Made by a program: the position numbers and the translations under genes. Shown piece after piece: positions 47,799-56,495 of a stretch of DNA of 61,880 bases. Numbering within the stretch: the first letter of the stretch is position 1; every line of letters starts with the position of its first letter. The DNA is from an uncultured virus (IMG/VR IMGVR_UViG_3300023236_000004). Its lineage: Duplodnaviria; Heunggongvirae; Uroviricota; Caudoviricetes. Location: the IMG/VR virus record IMGVR_UViG_3300023236_000004; one strand, 5' to 3'. The notes under the pieces were generated by a model. The model searched no databases. It was not told where the DNA came from and saw nothing but the letters and a program-made list of their open reading frames with translations.

Positions 47799-48902
47799 TT
47801 ACTTATTAGAACTTGCCGCGGCAATTACATACTTGCCATACTTCTTGTGAAAATTATCAAAGCTAGGCATCTTGCCAGGTACCATTGGAAGATTGTATGT
47901 AGTAAGAGCAACACGAGCACCCATAACACATACTTCGGTGGTAAAGTTCTCCATCATAAATTTTAAGAAGTTATCGGCCTGCTTGTGGAAAGCTGGGAGA
48001 CTATCCTTGTTCTTTTCCAAGAAGTCCTGCAACTCGTAACACATACTAGTCGTTAGAGCATACATGGCGCTGATCTCTTTGGATTCCATCTTTGTAGTTT
48101 TGCCACTTAATATATCTTCTGGCTTAGGTAATGACCCAGCAATTTTGCGGTGCGCCATAAACTTACCACTGACGCCTTCACCAACACTACCACAAACTAG
48201 ATCACTAAGTTCACCGTCAGTAATATCTGCGTCTTTGCAGAAATCTGACACAAACACCCATGATCGCGGAGTAGCAAAACTACGACTCGACGAACGTGGT
48301 TCGAAATCAAACAGGTCTTGTTTAGCAAAACTCAAGTAACCAACAACATCCTGGTGTACTTTATTTTTAACTGCCCAAGTTTGCCAAGTTTGAAAATCAG
48401 CTTTAACTTCTAAGTGAACGAAGCGGTTGGCCAGCGGTGTCGGCATACGATATGTAACACCTTTGTCGCTGTCGCGGTTACCAGCGGCTACGATAACCAC
48501 GTTCTCAGGAAGAGAGTATTTACCAACACGCCTGTTCAGGATAAGCTGATAAGCCGCCGCTTGTACCGCCGGAGTAGCGGAATTCATTTCGTCTAAGAAC
48601 AAGACGATAACTGGGTATTCTGCGGCTAGTTCTTCGTCTGGTAATTCAATTGGTGGAGCCCAATCCATTTTCTCAGCTTCTTTATTGAAGAACGGAATAC
48701 CTCTAATATCAGTTGGATCCATTTGACCAAGTCTAAGATCAATCATGTATCCGTTTAGATCATCTGTAATTTGGGAGATGATATCACTTTTGCCTACTCC
48801 CGGAGGCCCCCATAAAAACACAGGTCTTTTAAGATTAAAGCACCGTTGTATTCTAGCACGGGCTTCTTCTACATTTACTGTTCTTGTTTCGCTAACTGCC
48901 AT
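47799..48902 (-). CDS. MoxR-like AAA+ ATPase
   Basis: GPPGVGKS, LFLDEMN, AAGN, LANRFVH, TPRSW; paired with the VWA gene. Confidence 0.92.
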   Translation of the reverse strand: MAVSETRTVNVEEARARIQRCFNLKRPVFLWGPPGVGKSDIISQITDDLNGYMIDLRLGQMDPTDIRGIPFFNKEAEKMDWAPPIELPDEELAAEYPVIVLFLDEMNSATPAVQAAAYQLILNRRVGKYSLPENVVIVAAGNRDSDKGVTYRMPTPLANRFVHLEVKADFQTWQTWAVKNKVHQDVVGYLSFAKQDLFDFEPRSSSRSFATPRSWVFVSDFCKDADITDGELSDLVCGSVGEGVSGKFMAHRKIAGSLPKPEDILSGKTTKMESKEISAMYALTTSMCYELQDFLEKNKDSLPAFHKQADNFLKFMMENFTTEVCVMGARVALTTYNLPMVPGKMPSFDNFHKKYGKYVIAAASSNK

Positions 48903-48934
48903 TTATGCTCTCCTTTATCAACTTATCAAATACT

Positions 48935-48963
48935 ATTATAAGCTCTTTCTGGCCAAATGTCAA
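48935..48963 (-). promoter_or_regulatory. Perfect sigma70 promoter TTGACA-N17-TATAAT for the AAA/VWA genes
   Basis: Minus strand: TTGACA 48963-48958, TATAAT 48940-48935, then an AAGGAG RBS. Confidence 0.85.
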
Positions 48964-48992
48964 TCAGTTTATTTGGCGGTGTAAGTTGTTAA

Positions 48993-49355
48993 TTATAAAG
49001 AAAGATTATCTAAGTATTGTTGCAGATTGTCAGCATGGAGTTTCAGCATCACAGTTTCGTCCTCGCCTGTAAGCCAAACAGAACTTAGATTTTCTATGTA
49101 GTAACAACAGGATAGCAGACGACTCATTTGTATGAGTGTGCGATTTTTGAGTTTTTCTGGAAGTTTTACTTGATATACTGGAAACTCTACGCCTCTGAGG
49201 TATTTGAAACCGTCTTTGCTTAGGCGTAATTTATTTTGGTCGGTATGGTTCCAAAACCATTTACGGAGCCAATGGTCTAGGTTGGAGTACTTACCTCCGC
49301 CCTTTTCTAAGAAAAGTTTTGCGTAATCTAATTGACTAAGGAAAGACTTGCTCAC
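48993..49355 (-). CDS. Hypothetical protein
   Basis: 120-aa ORF overlapping the upstream gene. Confidence 0.65.
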   Translation of the reverse strand: MSKSFLSQLDYAKLFLEKGGGKYSNLDHWLRKWFWNHTDQNKLRLSKDGFKYLRGVEFPVYQVKLPEKLKNRTLIQMSRLLSCCYYIENLSSVWLTGEDETVMLKLHADNLQQYLDNLSL

Positions 49356-49623
49356 CTTGCTTCATCAGTACAACTGTGAATTGGTCTGTTTTAAACAGCG
49401 CATTGAGTTTTTTACAAAGGTTAATCGCATGCCCACTATTACTAAAACTTACCTTTTTGTACTTAGGTCCTGGGTAATGTAATAGTATGTTGTGACTTTT
49501 TAGATTGATTGGACGGTCATCATAAAAGACTGCCCAAATTCCATCACTACTTAGAACTTGATCGCTTTTATAATTTGTCTTGTTAACATGCTCTAACAAG
49601 ACCGTCGGCTTTGGTCTGGACAT
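49336..49623 (-). CDS. Hypothetical protein
   Basis: 'MSRPKPTVLL...YPGPKYKKVSFSN.GHA'; AAGGA RBS and late motif upstream. Confidence 0.7.
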   Translation of the reverse strand: MSRPKPTVLLEHVNKTNYKSDQVLSSDGIWAVFYDDRPINLKSHNILLHYPGPKYKKVSFSNSGHAINLCKKLNALFKTDQFTVVLMKQGEQVFP

Positions 49624-49643
49624 CTCTATTTCCTTGAATACAG

Positions 49644-49650
49644 TATTTAT
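49644..49650 (-). promoter_or_regulatory. Late promoter-like motif ATAAATA
   Basis: Intergenic, upstream of the start at 49623. Confidence 0.6.
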
Positions 49651-49674
49651 GACTAAAAAGTGGGTATATAATCA

Positions 49675-49887
49675 TTAAAATCCACCTCCGTCTACACTTA
49701 TTGAATTTACAGGCTCAGACGCAGATGTTGTTTCCTGTGTCTCAGCAAGATTAGCTAACAGCACATAGACATCACTATGTAAATTACGTGCTTCTTGTGC
49801 TGTTAGTGCCAATTGTTTACTACCGGTCTGGTTCATTAAATTAACTTTATCGTTAAACTGTTTGATTGCTAAACTGATCTTTTGCAT
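49675..49887 (-). CDS. Hypothetical protein
   Basis: 70 aa ending in DGGGF; start overlaps the upstream stop. Confidence 0.65.
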   Translation of the reverse strand: MQKISLAIKQFNDKVNLMNQTGSKQLALTAQEARNLHSDVYVLLANLAETQETTSASEPVNSISVDGGGF

Positions 49888-50261
49888 TAACTTGCGTCTC
49901 CGTCGTTATAATAATATTGATCAAAAAGCCAAAAGTTACCACCAAAACCTAATACACATGCCGCCTCTATGTTCATCTCAAGCGCCATCCATGAATTTTG
50001 TTCTGCGTTAATTATAATTGCAATCGTGTTGTCTGGGTAATTGTCTTTGATGTTTGCGCCCTGCCAAAAAACTTCGTAGCCTTGATCTTCTGCTATCGTT
50101 AGTACACTTTGGCTAGCGTAGCATTCTACTGGCTTACTTCTCAATACAGATTCTTCACTGTCGTCGCTTAGTTCCTGTGCAAATATTTCTGCCCCGATTG
50201 TGATTGCTCCTGTTGTAACTACACCCAGGATAAAACCTTGTGCAAATTTTTTAATTATCAT
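49887..50261 (-). CDS. Putative exported or membrane-anchored protein
   Basis: Hydrophobic N-terminus and two Cys residues ('KPVEC', 'ACVLG'). Confidence 0.65.
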   Translation of the reverse strand: MIIKKFAQGFILGVVTTGAITIGAEIFAQELSDDSEESVLRSKPVECYASQSVLTIAEDQGYEVFWQGANIKDNYPDNTIAIIINAEQNSWMALEMNIEAACVLGFGGNFWLFDQYYYNDGDAS

Positions 50262-50722
50262 AATTGTTTCAACTTTTCTAACATGTCTTGTTCTGTTTTA
50301 AATGGGCCACGGTATTCATACCTTTTGATAACTATGGTTTTGGGACAAAATACTTTTGACCATTTGTTGCTTGACTTAATTAAGTACCATCCTGCACAAT
50401 AATGACTTCGACTTTTTGGTAACTTGGTATAGATAGCAACTTTGTGTTTTATATCGTATACTTCATTATATGTCCGACTGGTAGCAGGAAAACCATGAAC
50501 TTCTTTTTGATTTTCCTTGGCACCTGATTGGTCATTAGGTGCAAATCGTATGTTGTATTTGGACTTTATATTTTTTACGTTAGAATATGTTTCTCTTCGG
50601 TCGTCGTGTACATACACAAAGCCGCCGTTTTCTACTGCTTGTATAGTAGCAATCTGGTTACCAGATTGCTCTACCACCCAATATTTGTTTTTGATTATAG
50701 TTCTTGCTACTAGGTCATTCAT
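50258..50722 (-). CDS. Hypothetical protein
   Basis: 154-aa coupled ORF containing 'CAGWY...FCPK...GPFKT'. Confidence 0.7.
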   Translation of the reverse strand: MNDLVARTIIKNKYWVVEQSGNQIATIQAVENGGFVYVHDDRRETYSNVKNIKSKYNIRFAPNDQSGAKENQKEVHGFPATSRTYNEVYDIKHKVAIYTKLPKSRSHYCAGWYLIKSSNKWSKVFCPKTIVIKRYEYRGPFKTEQDMLEKLKQL

Positions 50723-51111
50723 AACGTTAGTTCTTCCTGGATATACCTTTTTAATTCGTGATCCCCTACATCCTCTGGTATTTCTTGTTTATAGAATAGT
50801 CTATAACTGTCACTGCCGTACTTGCCAATGCCATATAGTGCAGTGGCATCTTCTCCGTCCCAGTTTTCAAACTGCTCACTCATGCGACACAGTCTTTTTA
50901 ACCGTACATGTTTCATTCCAAGTGGTGCAATTACTTGTTCAATCTCTTGTGGCGATGCCTGCAATAACTTATCATGCGTTGGCCATTTAGCAAAAAACTC
51001 AGGCAGTACACGTTTAACCTGTTTACGATTTGTACAGTTTAAACATATAACACCAACCATGTGTTGCCACACGTTGTATACCTGCTGTTGGACCATCAAT
51101 TGATCAATCAT
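50719..51111 (-). CDS. HhH-GPD DNA glycosylase, MBD4-like
   Basis: 'LN.T', 'PLG...R', 'LYGIGKYGSDSYRLF' and 'DHEL..Y' follow the MBD4 glycosylase domain pattern. Confidence 0.85.
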   Translation of the reverse strand: MIDQLMVQQQVYNVWQHMVGVICLNCTNRKQVKRVLPEFFAKWPTHDKLLQASPQEIEQVIAPLGMKHVRLKRLCRMSEQFENWDGEDATALYGIGKYGSDSYRLFYKQEIPEDVGDHELKRYIQEELTL

Positions 51112-52097
51112 TGTGGATTCTCTGCTCCTAAAAACTCTGCATACTGTTGACTGTGTTCACTGAGCTTAACCAGATCATATTTGCCACAAAACTTTAAAAA
51201 CTGTGCGCCTACCATTGGTCGTTTTCTAGTAACACTGCCTTCTGTAATAGTAGTTGCAATTTGTTGTTTTACTTCTTCGGGTTGTGCAGTGAGATCAACC
51301 AATATCCTGTTGCGTTCATAATCATCTAATACTCTGTGTTCTTCACCATTATGGTCTGTCCAACGCTGTAGCATTAGATTGTTCCAATTAAAGCCTTTTG
51401 CATTTCGGTCAGCATAGGCTTCAAGCAATCCAATTTTGTTTTTTGTACCTTTTTTACGCACTCCCGGATACGCACTAAACACATTATCTGTGCTATCACC
51501 ACGCATACACTTTTCAAACAAGATCCACTCTGGATCAGGTATTTGCTTGGCCTCTTTGGTCTTCTTGTCCATTACCAACTTACCTCTCTTGTCGAATATA
51601 CCTTCCAGTGTGTGTAGCTCGTCTGCAACACCATTGTATTGCTTTACGTTGTTTGCTAACAGTTGATGGAAGTCTGTGTCACTACTTACAATAACATGCT
51701 CGTCATCTGGGTGTGCTTGTACCCAACCTGCAATTAAATCATCTGCTTCTAAGTTACTGTGACGCATCACAGTGCAATTTGTCTTTTCATCTAGGAAAGT
51801 TTTTAATGAATCAAATGCTTCCCAAAACAGTGTATCTTCTTCTGCTTGTGCTTCGGTTAGTGCTTGCCTTGCAACTGCTCTATTCTTTTTATAAGGTTCA
51901 TAAAAGTCTTTGCGCCAACTACGCCCTTCTAAACAGAACACAACATGGTCTGCTTTATGGTCACGCCACGCCTTGTTTACACTTGATAGTGTAACGTGTA
52001 CAGCAAAACCAAGTTTATCCCAGGTGTCGCTTTGACGGTGTGCGCTGTGTCGGGCGCGAAAGAATGTGTTTGCTGTGTCTACAATAAGATATTTCAT
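51108..52097 (-). CDS. rnh: T4 RNase H-like 5'-3' exonuclease (FEN family)
   Basis: 'LIVD..N', 'SWRKD.Y..YKKNR', 'EADDLIA', 'SSDTDF.QL', 'GDSTDNV'. Confidence 0.9.
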   Translation of the reverse strand: MKYLIVDTANTFFRARHSAHRQSDTWDKLGFAVHVTLSSVNKAWRDHKADHVVFCLEGRSWRKDFYEPYKKNRAVARQALTEAQAEEDTLFWEAFDSLKTFLDEKTNCTVMRHSNLEADDLIAGWVQAHPDDEHVIVSSDTDFHQLLANNVKQYNGVADELHTLEGIFDKRGKLVMDKKTKEAKQIPDPEWILFEKCMRGDSTDNVFSAYPGVRKKGTKNKIGLLEAYADRNAKGFNWNNLMLQRWTDHNGEEHRVLDDYERNRILVDLTAQPEEVKQQIATTITEGSVTRKRPMVGAQFLKFCGKYDLVKLSEHSQQYAEFLGAENPQ

Positions 52098-52103
52098 TTA
52101 ATA

Positions 52104-52132
52104 ATAGTAGCATATTACAGAAGCTTAGTCAA
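52104..52132 (-). promoter_or_regulatory. sigma70 promoter TTGACT-N17-TACTAT (extended -10), probably giving a leaderless mRNA
   Basis: -35 at 52132-52127, TGn then -10 at 52109-52104; the start A at 52097 is 7 nt downstream and there is no RBS. Confidence 0.65.
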
Positions 52133-52804
52133 GTAAGGTAACAGGAATTCTGCCCATTTACGATGACCATCTGCTCTGTAGTGGTAACTTGGAAGTGCTG
52201 TAAGTCCTTGATTCTTTAAATAGTTGTAGTATGTCATGTCTGGGTTGTATGGCTCTATAAAACAATCTTCCCAATCTTCTCGATCTTGCAATGGGATGTG
52301 TCGAAAGTTACTGAAACTGTTGAAAAACAAATGCGGTATTTCTTGTTCTTGTAGTTCTTTGTGGAACTGCCAAATCTTTTCATGTTCTTGTTGTTCGCAC
52401 ATGATCCAGTCTATGTTAGCAATATAAAACTTGTATTTTTCCTTTACTAATTCAGGCCAGTCTTCTCCTACGCCACCTGCATTAATTTGCCAATAAGTGT
52501 TATGGTGCAACCATTCTTGCCTTTCATGTGTACTCCATCCTATAATAACAGCATTAGGTTTACCACCTGCAATGTATGCTCTAGTGGTACGTAGTATACG
52601 ATCGTTACTGCTGGCGGCTTCTGCACCACAGTGCAGTATAGCAAATAATTCGTTTGCTATTAAACAACCATAACTGACCTTTTCGTTCTCGGGATGAGGT
52701 ATACGTCCAAGATTATAGTAAAAAGGATCATCTTCTGCAAAACAATAATCGTTAACTGCTTCAGCTCCCGCACTATGGCTGTCACCATTTACATACAGTA
52801 TCAT
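52115..52804 (-). CDS. SGNH/GDSL-like protein (fourth copy)
   Basis: 'YVNGDSHSAG', 'SSNDRILR', 'IIGWS...R.E' and C-terminal 'HYRADGH..WA'. Confidence 0.75.
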   Translation of the reverse strand: MILYVNGDSHSAGAEAVNDYCFAEDDPFYYNLGRIPHPENEKVSYGCLIANELFAILHCGAEAASSNDRILRTTRAYIAGGKPNAVIIGWSTHERQEWLHHNTYWQINAGGVGEDWPELVKEKYKFYIANIDWIMCEQQEHEKIWQFHKELQEQEIPHLFFNSFSNFRHIPLQDREDWEDCFIEPYNPDMTYYNYLKNQGLTALPSYHYRADGHRKWAEFLLPYLTKLL

Positions 52805-53181
52805 GAAACTTCAGTTCTGCCTTCGCCTAGGTCATTCTGCGTATTTTGTCTTGCACGGCCTTCTGTCTGATCTTGATTAGCCTCCCACTGTTCGTAGTTT
52901 TCTGCTAGAACATTTTTACATACTGCATGGAACCAACGATCGACTATAACAGCGTCAGTATCTTCTTTTTTCTGTTGGTAGCCTGCTTTAACTAATTTTG
53001 CCACAAAGTGATCATTCCAATCAAGTTCAAACGCACCATTGCCTGGATCATCTGGGTCAACTTCTACTGTTAACACATTTACCCATGGTTCTTTCTTTTC
53101 TGATGCTATTTCTTTATCAGTCTTCTTGGCTTTGGGTGCTTCTTTCTTTTGTGGTTTTTTCTTCTTGAACATGTCAAACAT
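52801..53181 (-). CDS. Hypothetical protein
   Basis: 'EPWVNVL...GAFELDWN..FV..L..AGY...IVDRWF..VC'. Confidence 0.7.
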   Translation of the reverse strand: MFDMFKKKKPQKKEAPKAKKTDKEIASEKKEPWVNVLTVEVDPDDPGNGAFELDWNDHFVAKLVKAGYQQKKEDTDAVIVDRWFHAVCKNVLAENYEQWEANQDQTEGRARQNTQNDLGEGRTEVS

Positions 53182-53384
53182 TAATGTCTCCCTGGGTATT
53201 TTTCAATTTCTTGTTTCCATTCTGGATTAAACTTGCTATCATACTGTATATCATTGGTAGATTGTACTGTTCTGTGAGTGCTAATTTTATTTGCCAAAGC
53301 ACAGACTGACCATGTACATTTATCATCGATTGGTTTCTTGCAGATGACACATGTGTTACTCATTGATTTCCTTTTAATTTCCAA
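53181..53384 (-). CDS. Small Cys-containing hypothetical protein
   Basis: CVIC...C...C; coupled to its neighbours. Confidence 0.5.
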   Translation of the reverse strand: MEIKRKSMSNTCVICKKPIDDKCTWSVCALANKISTHRTVQSTNDIQYDSKFNPEWKQEIEKYPGRH

Positions 53385-53626
53385 ATTATAAATTCGTTAG
53401 CTGACACCCAATACGTGCTAGTTGTCTTGTCGTTTCCTCTATAGTTGTATAAGGAAACAGTTCCTTTGTAGGCTTTTTTTAAAAATATTATTCGATTACT
53501 AAGATAGCATCGCTTGGGGATTAAGCAAAACTTTGGGACCCAGTGCTTGCACTGTCTGAATCCACTGACGTGACCGAAACTTTTAAATAATAGGCCGGGG
53601 TTTATAGGCAACTCTATGTCCCCCAC
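53360..53626 (-). CDS. Hypothetical protein
   Basis: 'KF..IPKRCYLSNR.IFLKKAYKG...YW...EFIIWKLKG'. Confidence 0.55.
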   Translation of the reverse strand: MGDIELPINPGLLFKSFGHVSGFRQCKHWVPKFCLIPKRCYLSNRIIFLKKAYKGTVSLYNYRGNDKTTSTYWVSANEFIIWKLKGNQ

Positions 53627-54465
53627 TCATTCTTGAACAACGGAACTTGGAGTCGATCTGAATAACGTAAACCATTTCGCATAGCCAGGTTGGCTACTGC
53701 TTTATTATTTAACCTGTACGTATGTTCGTCGCCACCAACTGGCATCAAGTATACATGACCGTCAAAGCCTGCTAATCTGTATTCTTTTACTGCTTCTAAT
53801 GCTTCTTCTGCATCCTGCTCGTTCGCAATAACAAACTTCAAGTAGGTGTAACCAAAGTGACTATACTCTGCTACAACATCAGGGCAAATAGCATCTTCCT
53901 TCTTTTCACCCGAACAACTTAGTTTAGCACTTACGCTAAACGTTAATGCACTAGAACTTCTGCGACTGGTCCAATCACTTAGGAAATACCTAAAGTCCTC
54001 ATGCAATGGTTGCGTGCCATTTGTTTCTATTGTTATTTCCTTTAGTTTCTGCATCCTGGGTTGATTCAACAAGTCAGGATACTCACGTTGCCAACCCAGT
54101 AATGGTTCGCCACCTGTAATAACCAAGTGTTCTTCACGCCACTCTTTAAAAGGCAGTGTATCCACGATCATGTCTGCCAGCTCGTCGTTTTCGTATGTAG
54201 GACTCAAGTGCCTAAACTTGGGATGCCAACTAGCATAACTGTCACATCCTGTTTTTACCAGTGGTAAGTCACCATAGGTTTTGTATTTGAATTTATCGTT
54301 CAGCTCAATAATAGCGTCCACTTCTGTTGTCTTTTCGCCTCTAGGCATACCAAAACCAGCACATTGGAAGTTGCAACCAAATGTACGCAGGAATACACTG
54401 GGCACACCCATGTAACGGCCTTCTCCCTGCACTGAGTAAAACAGTTCGCTTATTTTAAGTTTCAT
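53614..54465 (-). CDS. queE: 7-carboxy-7-deazaguanine synthase (QueE-like radical SAM)
   Basis: 'ISELFYSVQGEG...G.PSVFLRTFGCN', 'CDS', 'VITGGEP', 'IETNGT', 'LKFVI', 'YLMP', 'RYSDRLQ'; near queD and folE. Confidence 0.9.
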   Translation of the reverse strand: MKLKISELFYSVQGEGRYMGVPSVFLRTFGCNFQCAGFGMPRGEKTTEVDAIIELNDKFKYKTYGDLPLVKTGCDSYASWHPKFRHLSPTYENDELADMIVDTLPFKEWREEHLVITGGEPLLGWQREYPDLLNQPRMQKLKEITIETNGTQPLHEDFRYFLSDWTSRRSSSALTFSVSAKLSCSGEKKEDAICPDVVAEYSHFGYTYLKFVIANEQDAEEALEAVKEYRLAGFDGHVYLMPVGGDEHTYRLNNKAVANLAMRNGLRYSDRLQVPLFKNEWGT

Positions 54466-54809
54466 TAATGATTTCTCTTTCCGTCAAATATACAATTGAA
54501 TATCAAGTTCATGTCACCAGTGTTTGTGACTCTGTGGAATGCACCGTCTGGAATCAATACGTAATCACCTTGGCCAACAGTAAATGGTTCACTGTCTTCG
54601 TCCCCAACAATCATCTCTCCCCAGCCTTGTACAAATACATATACTTCTTCTTGACCGGGGTGCCTGTGTCCGTTAGTGCGTTGTCCTCTGTATAACTTTG
54701 TAGAACTTAATACAAGATTATTTAGAGTTTTATTATCTTTAAGCAAATAAACATCAGTATCCTTAACCACGTCACCGCCAATGTCATGCCAACTATATTT
54801 CAAGCTCAT
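54465..54809 (-). CDS. Cupin domain protein
   Basis: 'GHRHPGQEEVY.FVQG.G' and 'IPDGAFHRV.N' cupin motifs. Confidence 0.88.
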   Translation of the reverse strand: MSLKYSWHDIGGDVVKDTDVYLLKDNKTLNNLVLSSTKLYRGQRTNGHRHPGQEEVYVFVQGWGEMIVGDEDSEPFTVGQGDYVLIPDGAFHRVTNTGDMNLIFNCIFDGKRNH

Positions 54810-55306
54810 TCAAACAGGTCCTCGTTCCATTCTCTGTGTCCTTCACGCCAAGCCATGTTGCTTTGTGTCTCACGTATCTCGACTCGGTAACACCAAAGTC
54901 TGTCTGCTTCTGCTTGACCCCACATGTCTGGGATATACACACCATTAACATATTTGTACAGTTGGTCTGCTAGTCCTTCACAACCAAGTCTTGGTAGTAT
55001 GGTTATTTTAGCCATCTTCTTTGCTTGCAGTTGCTTGTACATTTCTAGTTCTGGATCATCTTCAGCAACCAGTAGCGTATGATCAAACTGATCTTGTAGT
55101 ACACCTTTTAGTTCTTTTAATCCACCGTAGTCTGCTACCCAGTTTCTAACGTCTAAGTCATCCGTTCCGAAAAAGAAACGCATTGTAAACGCATAGCCGT
55201 GTATCAGATTACAGTGACTGTCAGCTCTCCATTGCCTGTATGCACAAGGAAACTGATCTACATATTCTTTTGTACTCACGTACTTGTATTGTCTTGGGTT
55301 GTTCAT
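54806..55306 (-). CDS. queD: 6-carboxytetrahydropterin synthase (QueD/PTPS)
   Basis: 'SHCNLIHGY', 'DYGGLK', 'FDHTLL', 'GCEGLA', 'VEIRET'. Confidence 0.88.
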   Translation of the reverse strand: MNNPRQYKYVSTKEYVDQFPCAYRQWRADSHCNLIHGYAFTMRFFFGTDDLDVRNWVADYGGLKELKGVLQDQFDHTLLVAEDDPELEMYKQLQAKKMAKITILPRLGCEGLADQLYKYVNGVYIPDMWGQAEADRLWCYRVEIRETQSNMAWREGHREWNEDLFE

Positions 55307-55339
55307 TGTGTTTATCCTATATTAAAAGTTATTATAACA

Positions 55340-55393
55340 TAGGCTTGCAGAATTTGTATACCGGGTTGAATGCCAGAAAAGGCCGGTTGCAAC
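55340..55393 (-). ncRNA. Candidate structured 5' leader (cis-regulatory RNA) of queD
   Basis: GC-rich non-coding stretch with nested pairings UUGCA/UGCAA, ACCGG/CCGGU and GCC/GGC, directly after an ATAAATA motif. Confidence 0.4.
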
Positions 55394-55923
55394 TATTTAT
55401 TGAAGTTAATATATACACTTTGTCTTAGGAAATGTAGTGGTACCCAAAATTTCATACCATGCATAATTTCTGTGCTGTCTAATAGATAAAATGCTTTGTT
55501 GTACTCTAGTATGCTGTATATAAACTGCCGCTCATCTTCGCTCCAAAATTGTGTACCTGTAAATGGATCTGCTGTTATTGCAACAATAAGAACATTGTTA
55601 ACACTGTCAGCATCGTCTGTGTGCAGATTGTTTTCATAATATGAATAATCTTGCCAACATGAGCAGGCTGAAATACAAGCGTTTTTTCCAAAATACGTGC
55701 GCAGTTTATCTGTAACTAGGTTAAGAATATTTGTCGGCAAGATGACTTCTTGTACTTCTCTTCTGGTTTCACCACTGGTGTTAAATTTTTCACACAGAGC
55801 ATCCGAAATAGCTTGATATTCTGTTCTCGAAGGGGTGAACAAATTGAATACTTGAGCAAAATAACCCAAGGTTTCGTTATCAAAAAATTGTTTTATTTCT
55901 CCACCATACGGGCTAAGTTCCAT
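55393..55923 (-). CDS. 2OG-Fe(II) oxygenase-like protein
   Basis: HxD ('LHTDD'), 'GTQF', distal His ('MHGM') and RxS ('RQSVY'). Confidence 0.65.
   Translation of the reverse strand: MELSPYGGEIKQFFDNETLGYFAQVFNLFTPSRTEYQAISDALCEKFNTSGETRREVQEVILPTNILNLVTDKLRTYFGKNACISACSCWQDYSYYENNLHTDDADSVNNVLIVAITADPFTGTQFWSEDERQFIYSILEYNKAFYLLDSTEIMHGMKFWVPLHFLRQSVYINFNK
55394..55400 (-). promoter_or_regulatory. Late promoter-like motif ATAAATA upstream of the queD leader
   Basis: Overlaps the end of the 55393..55923 ORF. Confidence 0.55.
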
Positions 55924-56460
55924 CTATTTGTCAAATACAAATGAGCTTGATTTACTGTGCTGTTCCCACCAAACTTCCCAAGGAAATTCAATCCAAACAT
56001 CCTCGACACTTTTATCTATTTGTTCGCCATAGTAGTCAATGTTGTACATAAATTTACTTGACTCGTTATCAATCAACATAGCAAATTTAACACTGTTATT
56101 GAACAAGTAACGCCAATGCCTTGGGTTGGAAAAACTAGTTTGCCAGTCACGACATATATGGTCCAGTGTTGCACCAGTATCGTTTATATCGTCTACTACT
56201 AGTACATGCTTGCCAGTATGTGCTAAACCCGCTAAATGATGTTTGCTTTCATTTTCTTCGCCAGGCTGAAGGTCACGTAGTTTTACTTTGAGTGTTTCTA
56301 ATGGTACATCAAAGTATTGACTGATCATGTTTGCTGGAACCAAACCACCACGTGTTAATCCGACTACAATGTCTGGACGCCACATGGATTGGTCCATCTG
56401 CCGGCACATATTATATACGTGCTGTTCCACAGTAGAATTGGTAAGTCTCTTCTTTATCAT
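55924..56460 (-). CDS. Type I phosphoribosyltransferase (purine/xanthine-guanine PRT-like)
   Basis: 'VGLTRGGLVPA', PRPP-binding 'VLVVDDINDTGAT', 'WIEFPWE'. Confidence 0.92.
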   Translation of the reverse strand: MIKKRLTNSTVEQHVYNMCRQMDQSMWRPDIVVGLTRGGLVPANMISQYFDVPLETLKVKLRDLQPGEENESKHHLAGLAHTGKHVLVVDDINDTGATLDHICRDWQTSFSNPRHWRYLFNNSVKFAMLIDNESSKFMYNIDYYGEQIDKSVEDVWIEFPWEVWWEQHSKSSSFVFDK

Positions 56461-56466
56461 GTTAGC

Positions 56467-56495
56467 ATTATAACATCAAGTTTATAATAAATCAA
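56467..56495 (-). promoter_or_regulatory. sigma70 promoter TTGATT-N17-TATAAT (extended -10), probably giving a leaderless mRNA
   Basis: -35 at 56495-56490, -10 at 56472-56467, ATG at 56460 is 7 nt downstream with no RBS. Confidence 0.65.

Noticed and set aside
50517..50990. 157-aa plus-strand ORF
   Set aside because: Antisense to two coupled minus-strand genes, one of which is a clear glycosylase.
55340..55393. Definite call as a canonical preQ1-I riboswitch
   Set aside because: The loop lacks the usual GGUUC-type start and the tail is less A-rich, so it is reported only as a candidate.
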